From Ruminococcus sp. (GTDB taxonomy: Bacteria; Bacillota; Clostridia; Oscillospirales; Ruminococcaceae), in the NCBI GenBank assembly GCA_017462565.1, contig JAFTQW010000015.1, forward strand, positions 16,109 through 80,108: a DNA stretch of 64,000 bases, given 5' to 3'. Below, piece by piece: positions 59,493 to 64,000 of the stretch. Made by a program: the position numbers and the translations under genes. The notes below the pieces were generated by a model. The model worked only from the letters and a program-made list of their open reading frames with translations, did not search any database and had not been told where the DNA came from. Each line of letters starts with the position of its first letter. Position 1 is the stretch's first letter.

Positions 59493-60031
59493 TGCGGGAT
59501 ATAAGCTATCGTGTAGCTCTTGGAGGAATTGTTTCGGCATTATGCCTTGTGACGATGTTTCTTGCCGGAATCATTCCGGCACTGTATCTTCTTCTTCCGA
59601 TGATAGCCGGAGTTCTTATGATGATAATTGCCGTTGAAGTCAGCGGCAGCTGGGCGATGCTGACATACATAGCGGTAAGCCTTTTATCAATGATCATAAC
59701 GTTTGATAAGGAAGCGGCTTTGATTTTTATTATGCTTTTCGGTCATTATCCGATTTTACGGATTTATATAGAAAAAATTCAATTGAAAGGAATACGCTGG
59801 CTTATTAAATTTGCTGTTTTCAATATCTGCGTTGTTGCATATTTTTATGTAACAGTGTATATTTTCGGTCTTGATCAGATGCTTGAAGAGTTTGGCGAAT
59901 TTGGCAGATACGGAGCATATATCATGCTTGGAATTGCCAATGTTATTTTTGTTCTTTACGATATCAATCTTGATAATATTTATAGGATATATCGACAAAA
60001 GCTTATGCCCAAATTCAGAAAAACAAGGTGA
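59492..60031 (+). CDS. Hypothetical polytopic membrane protein
   Basis: 179 aa, about 5 hydrophobic helices. The start overlaps the SDR stop. No catalytic motif. Confidence 0.55.
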   Translation: MRDISYRVALGGIVSALCLVTMFLAGIIPALYLLLPMIAGVLMMIIAVEVSGSWAMLTYIAVSLLSMIITFDKEAALIFIMLFGHYPILRIYIEKIQLKGIRWLIKFAVFNICVVAYFYVTVYIFGLDQMLEEFGEFGRYGAYIMLGIANVIFVLYDINLDNIYRIYRQKLMPKFRKTR

Positions 60032-60165
60032 AAATAATTTTTTTAAGGCAACGGCTTTTAAAAAAGTGTATTCTGGCTGATATTGGGATTTAAAAGGAAT
60101 AATTCCATTTTGTAGCAGTCCGGAGTTGCCGACGCATATATGGTCTTCGGACGCTCTTCAGACTG

Positions 60166-60200
60166 AGCCTCTTGATTTTTCGTCAAGAGGCTTTTTATTT
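60166..60200 (+). terminator. Rho-independent terminator
   Basis: AGCCTCTTGA / TCAAGAGGCT 10-bp stem followed by TTTTTATTT. Confidence 0.85.
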
Positions 60201-60210
60201 CAGAAAAATA

Positions 60211-60239
60211 TTGACATTTGTGAAATAATGATGTATACT
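60211..60239 (+). promoter_or_regulatory. Sigma-A promoter P1 (TTGACA-17-TATACT) with no downstream ORF
   Basis: Hexamers at 60211-60216 and 60234-60239. Confidence 0.6.
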
Positions 60240-60546
60240 ATAATCATAGTTATTATAACTAAATGGGTTTCTATATGTGAATAAGAATGACGATGAATAT
60301 ATTTGAGGAATTTCCTTTTTTAAGGAAATGCTGATTAAATCCAGTGTGTTGCTGGCACAGTAAAATTTTTTGTCATATCAAAAAAGCTCCTTGACGGACG
60401 TTGGTCTGCCCGTGAAACTTTTATGTAGTCGGATCATTCGGCTGCTGCACAATCTTTGTGCGGTTCTGCCAAAACTATTCTATAAATTAAAGATAATTAA
60501 AATGATATAATTTTTTGATGCTGATAAAAATTTCGTCGAAAAAGTA

Positions 60547-60575
60547 TTGACAAATTAGATTTTCCGGTGTATAAT
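60547..60575 (+). promoter_or_regulatory. Sigma-A promoter P2 (TTGACA-17-TATAAT) with no downstream ORF
   Basis: Perfect hexamers at 60547-60552 and 60570-60575. Confidence 0.7.
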
Positions 60576-60581
60576 ATAATT

Positions 60582-60706
60582 AAAGCTTTTAAAACTTGAT
60601 TATCTGTCAATATTTCGCTTTGATAATACAAAGTGATTAATGAGTTTTAAACGCTTTTCTTTCTTAATGGATTCAGCCGTTCTTTTTAGAACGGCTGAAT
60701 TTTTTA
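60582..60706 (+). ncRNA. Candidate ~120-nt small RNA (P2 to intrinsic terminator)
   Basis: Bounded by a consensus promoter and the terminator ATTCAGCCGTTC / GAACGGCTGAAT plus TTTTT (60671-60706). Internal 14-bp imperfect stem AAAGCTTTTAAAAC / GTTTTAAACGCTTT. No RBS-preceded ORF. Confidence 0.4.
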
Positions 60707-60825
60707 TATTCCTCGCTATTCTAAAAAGCATCAAATATTATGCGTCAGATGCAAAGCCGGATTTTTTCAGACCATATAAAAACCCTACTGCACAATCTAT
60801 ATACTTAATTTAATCAGTACTTACA

Positions 60826-60988
60826 TAGGGCTTGTTTGAAAAATCCGTACATTCGTCAAAACGCCCATAAATCACTGTCTGTGTCATCGAAAATCTTTGT
60901 CAGGCGACAGCCTGCCTGCGGATTCCTTCCTGACATACATCAATTTCTGTACATTTTCCGAACATAGCTATTTTTCAAACAAGCCCTA
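60826..60988 (+). repeat. 163-nt element closed by a 19-bp perfect inverted repeat, followed by a T-run
   Basis: TAGGGCTTGTTTGAAAAAT (60826-60844) pairs with ATTTTTCAAACAAGCCCTA (60970-60988). Inner 7-bp stem TGTCAGG/CCTGACA (60897-60935). AGTTTTTTTATTTT lies downstream. Confidence 0.5.
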
Positions 60989-61019
60989 AGTTTTTTTATT
61001 TTAAAAACTAAAAAATGCG

Positions 61020-61048
61020 TTGACAAATTTCATGAGTGGTGGTATAAT
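61020..61048 (+). promoter_or_regulatory. Sigma-A promoter P3 (TTGACA-17-TATAAT)
   Basis: Perfect hexamers at 61020-61025 and 61043-61048. Confidence 0.7.
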
Positions 61049-61054
61049 TATTTT

Positions 61055-61311
61055 TATGTAAGCAATGCGCATTTTGTCAATTTAATGCGTAAAAACGTAT
61101 CGTCCTGTTCACAGCAGGTGAATAATTATAAGGACGTATTACAGGTGGTCGATGCTAAGCGGATATGCGGATTTTCTGAGTACGGCTTATTAAATCTGCA
61201 TATGTGATGTCTGACGGAAGCAATGCATAGCTTTTATTTGCCGGCGTTCGTCAGACGTATTAAGCGCAGCATTGATATTTCCATATTTTAACTGAAAGGA
61301 GAAGGCTTACT
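61055..61311 (+). promoter_or_regulatory. ~257-nt structured 5' leader of the HTH-cupin-acyl-CoA synthetase gene
   Basis: 12-bp stem ATATGCGGATTT / AAATCTGCATAT (one G-U). 8-bp stem GTCTGACG / CGTCAGAC. Stem CGTCCT / AGGACG. 10-bp palindrome AATGCGCATT. AAGCAATGC occurs twice. Ends at GAAAGGAGAAGG before ATG 61312. Confidence 0.45.
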
Positions 61312-63618
61312 ATGAGTAATTTAATTAATCCCGAATTTAAGATAAGAGAGGTCGCCGAGCGAATTAGAGCCACTCGTGAATCAGTAGGCTTGACTCCGGA
61401 GGAAATGGCTGAAAAAACCGGTATAACTACCTTCGAGTATCTTGCTTATGAGGGCGGAGCAAAGGATTTCAGCTTTAGCTTTATCTATAAATTTGCTAAT
61501 GTTACAGGCGTTGAAATAACTGACCTTATGGAGGGAGAATCGCCTCACATTAACAGCTTTGATATAACAAGAAAGGGAGAGGGGCTTCCCATTGCCCGAC
61601 GCAAGGGACTCAGCTATCAGCGCCTTGCACCAAATTTCAGAAATAAAATAGGTGAGCCGTTTCTTGTAACTATTCCATATGTTGACGAAAAGTTCAGAGT
61701 TCCGCACGCTCATACTCATGAGGGACAGGAGCTGGATATAATTATAAGCGGTCAGCTCAAAGTTCGTGTCGGCGATAATGTCGAGGTTCTCAGCGAGGGC
61801 GATTCCATTTATTACGACAGCTCCGAACCCCACGATGAATGGGCAATAGGAGGCAAGGAATGTAAATTTTACGCTGTTGTTTTCGGTACTAATCAGTATG
61901 CGGGGGCTATGTCGCATCTTGAACCGGTGACGCTTCCGGGAACGACTAACTTCGATCTCGCAAACGTTGAAAATCCCGTTGCGGATAAATTCGTTGAAGT
62001 TGAAACAAACAGCGAGGGCGCTCTTACCGGAATTAAGTTCAAGAATGAGGAAACTTTCAATTTCAGCTTCGATATCGTGGACGCTCTTGCAGCGAAAGCT
62101 CCCGATAAAACGGCTCTTATTTACGTTTCTGACGATTTTAAGGAACGCCGCTTTTCCTTTGCTGAAATAAAAAAATACTCAAACATGACTGCTAATTATT
62201 TCCTTTCAAAGGGAATCAAAAAGGGCGATAAGGTCATGCTGGTTCTTAAAAGACATTATCAGTTCTGGTTTGCTATTCTTGCTCTTCACAGAATCGGAGC
62301 TATCGTTATTCCGGCTACAAATCAGCTTGTTCAGCATGATTTCACATACCGTTTTAAAGCAGCTGACATTAAAGCTATCGTCTGCACAGGCGATGGTGAC
62401 GTTGCTCATCAGGTTGATCTTGCTATCGAGGAATCCGGAATGGATATAATCAGGATGATGGCTCACGGCGAACGTGAAGGCTGGGCTTCGTTCGATAAGG
62501 AAATGTACGAGTTCAGCGACGTTTTTGAGCGTCCGACAGATCCGGATAAGATCTCATGCGGAAGCGAACCTATGCTCATGTATTTCACATCCGGAACGAC
62601 TGGTTATCCGAAAATCGCTATGCACAGTCATAAATACGCTCTCGGTCACTTTATCACAGCTCGCTACTGGCATAATGTCGATCCTAATGGAATCCACTTG
62701 ACAATTTCAGATACAGGCTGGGGCAAGGCTCTCTGGGGCAAGCTCTACGGTCAGTGGATGAGCGAGACCTGTATTTTCGTTTATGATTTTGACAGATTTG
62801 ACGCTCATAAAATTCTCCCGATGTTCAAAAAGTATAATATTACAACTTTCTGCGCTCCTCCGACCATGTACAGATTCTTCATTAAAGAAGATCTTTCCAA
62901 ATATGACCTTAGTTCAATAAAATATGCTACAGTTGCCGGTGAAGCCCTCAATCCGGAGGTTTACAATCAGTTCCTCAAGGCAACCGGAGTTAAGCTTATG
63001 GAAGGCTTCGGTCAGACTGAAACTACCCTTGCAATCGGCAATTTTGTAGGAATGACCGCAAAGCCCGGTTCTATGGGCAAGCCGAGCGCATTGTATGATA
63101 TTGATATCGTCGACGCTGACGGCAACAGCGTTAAGCCGGGTGAAACAGGCGAGATCGTTGTTCGTCTCGATAAGGGCATTCCGTGCGGACTTTTTCTTGG
63201 ATATTACAAGGACGAAGAAAAAACAAAGGAAGTATGGTACGATAATATCTATCATACAGGCGATACCGCTTGGCGTGACGAGGACGGCTATTTCTGGTAT
63301 GTTGGACGTGTAGACGATGTTATCAAGTCGTCCGGATACAGAATCGGACCGTTTGAGATCGAAAGCGTTATCATGGAACTTCCTTATGTTCTTGAATGCG
63401 GAGTAAGCGCTGCTCCTGATCCGGTAAGAGGACAGGTAGTTAAGGCTTCTATCGTTCTCACAAAGGGAACTGTTGGAACGGACGAACTGAAAAAAGAGAT
63501 TCAGGATTATGTTAAGAAGCATACTGCTCCTTACAAATACCCGAGAATCGTAGAATTCCGTGACGAGCTTCCTAAAACTATCAGCGGAAAGATAAGACGT
63601 GTTGAGCTGAAAGGCTGA
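61312..63618 (+). CDS. Fusion protein: XRE-type HTH + cupin domain + AMP-forming acyl-CoA synthetase
   Basis: N-terminus: IRATRESVGLTPEEMAEKTGITTFEYLAYEGG (HTH_3-like), then a cupin (HAHTHEGQELDIIISGQL...GDSIYYDSSEPH). From aa ~200: YFTSGTTGYPK, GFGQTET, YHTGD, GRVDDVIKSSGYRIGPFEIES, PKTISGKIRR. Confidence 0.8.
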   Translation: MSNLINPEFKIREVAERIRATRESVGLTPEEMAEKTGITTFEYLAYEGGAKDFSFSFIYKFANVTGVEITDLMEGESPHINSFDITRKGEGLPIARRKGLSYQRLAPNFRNKIGEPFLVTIPYVDEKFRVPHAHTHEGQELDIIISGQLKVRVGDNVEVLSEGDSIYYDSSEPHDEWAIGGKECKFYAVVFGTNQYAGAMSHLEPVTLPGTTNFDLANVENPVADKFVEVETNSEGALTGIKFKNEETFNFSFDIVDALAAKAPDKTALIYVSDDFKERRFSFAEIKKYSNMTANYFLSKGIKKGDKVMLVLKRHYQFWFAILALHRIGAIVIPATNQLVQHDFTYRFKAADIKAIVCTGDGDVAHQVDLAIEESGMDIIRMMAHGEREGWASFDKEMYEFSDVFERPTDPDKISCGSEPMLMYFTSGTTGYPKIAMHSHKYALGHFITARYWHNVDPNGIHLTISDTGWGKALWGKLYGQWMSETCIFVYDFDRFDAHKILPMFKKYNITTFCAPPTMYRFFIKEDLSKYDLSSIKYATVAGEALNPEVYNQFLKATGVKLMEGFGQTETTLAIGNFVGMTAKPGSMGKPSALYDIDIVDADGNSVKPGETGEIVVRLDKGIPCGLFLGYYKDEEKTKEVWYDNIYHTGDTAWRDEDGYFWYVGRVDDVIKSSGYRIGPFEIESVIMELPYVLECGVSAAPDPVRGQVVKASIVLTKGTVGTDELKKEIQDYVKKHTAPYKYPRIVEFRDELPKTISGKIRRVELKG

Positions 63619-63630
63619 TATATTTATCAT

Positions 63631-63668
63631 AAAAAGGACGAACTTATTAAAAGTTCGTCCTTTATTTA
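63631..63668. terminator. Bidirectional terminator between convergent genes
   Basis: GGACGAACTT / AAGTTCGTCC 10-bp stem (63636-63660), with AAAAA upstream and TTTATTT downstream. Confidence 0.8.
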
Positions 63669-63672
63669 TGCG

Positions 63673-64000
63673 TCAGGATTTTTCGCTGAGATAAATACCG
63701 ATTCGGCTGTTGAGAATGTTCACGCATTCGTCGACACTCTTTTCGCCGTCAAGAACGCTTTCATATTCTTCTTTTATGATAGAATCGATCTGCTTATCAT
63801 AGTATGGGTAAAATTTAATACTTTTTATGTAATTAAGAGTCTCGTCGATTGCTTTATCAGTCATTGTAAATTCTTCACCTTCATTATAAATGGATTGATA
63901 GACCTCACGAATACTGCCGCTGGTGTATGGGCTTGTTTCATAAGCGAGGTTATGAAGTGCGCTTTCGGTAACAGGAATTCCATGGAAATCGAGGCTGATA
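63673..64000 (-). CDS. 3' part of a gene that continues beyond the window; function unknown
   Basis: The frame stays open from 63864 up to position 63999 (...ISLDFHGIPVTESALHNLAYETSPYTSGSIREVYQSIYNEGEEFTMTDKAIDE...). Only the last ~108 codons are visible. Confidence 0.5.
   Translation of the reverse strand, partial: ISLDFHGIPVTESALHNLAYETSPYTSGSIREVYQSIYNEGEEFTMTDKAIDETLNYIKSIKFYPYYDKQIDSIIKEEYESVLDGEKSVDECVNILNSRIGIYLSEKS

Noticed and set aside
60826-60988. 6S RNA (ssrS) interpretation of the 19-bp-stem element
   Set aside because: The interior does not fold into the extended rod with a central bubble that defines 6S RNA. The left inner arm (53 nt) and right inner arm (34 nt) show little complementarity. 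No good promoter lies directly upstream.
61381-63630. 178-aa and 238-aa minus-strand ORFs (61381..61917 and 62914..63630)
   Set aside because: Both lie antisense within the HTH-cupin-acyl-CoA synthetase gene, which carries all the adenylate-forming motifs in frame.
1-64000. Search for tRNA, rRNA, CRISPR arrays, transposases, integrases, phage or recognisable defence genes
   Set aside because: None were found. There are no regularly spaced direct repeats, no cloverleaf-like sequences in the intergenic regions, and no ORF with recombinase, transposase, restriction or Cas motifs. The window looks like core chromosome rather than a mobile island.

Overview
This window looks like a core chromosomal segment of a low-GC, spore-forming Clostridia genome, probably Ruminococcus/Oscillospiraceae-like. 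That placement rests on a dockerin-bearing esterase, spoIIP, ytfJ and scpAB. All product calls come from reading motifs in the supplied translations; no database search was run. Most of the window is densely packed housekeeping genes: rlmB, ychF, the dgt-like/dnaG/rpoD operon, rpmE, phosphohexomutase, pfk, metA, rluB, a DD-carboxypeptidase, scpA/scpB, rpmB, metK behind a SAM-I riboswitch, alaS behind an Ala T-box, and comEC-holA. Among them sit signalling and accessory genes: two degenerate-GGDEF/EAL proteins, two OmpR-type two-component systems, a multidomain dockerin esterase, tandem RadC-like genes and an MBOAT/DHHW acylation pair. I found no tRNA, rRNA, CRISPR array, transposase or integrase. 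The most unusual locus is a 1.28 kb ORF-free island (60032-61311). It carries three near-consensus sigma-A promoters, two intrinsic terminators and a 19-bp-stem hairpin element, and it ends in a structured ~257-nt leader in front of an HTH-cupin-acyl-CoA-synthetase fusion gene. Other items worth follow-up: a two-component system translationally coupled to two paralogous membrane-anchored proteins of unknown function; a degenerate/intact RadC pair; an EAL protein with a ~29-aa-periodic GIG-repeat C-terminus behind a long leader; a P-type ATPase-like protein lacking the catalytic motifs; a C-rich sRNA/3'UTR candidate; and a cluster of perfect hairpins between the metK and alaS promoters.
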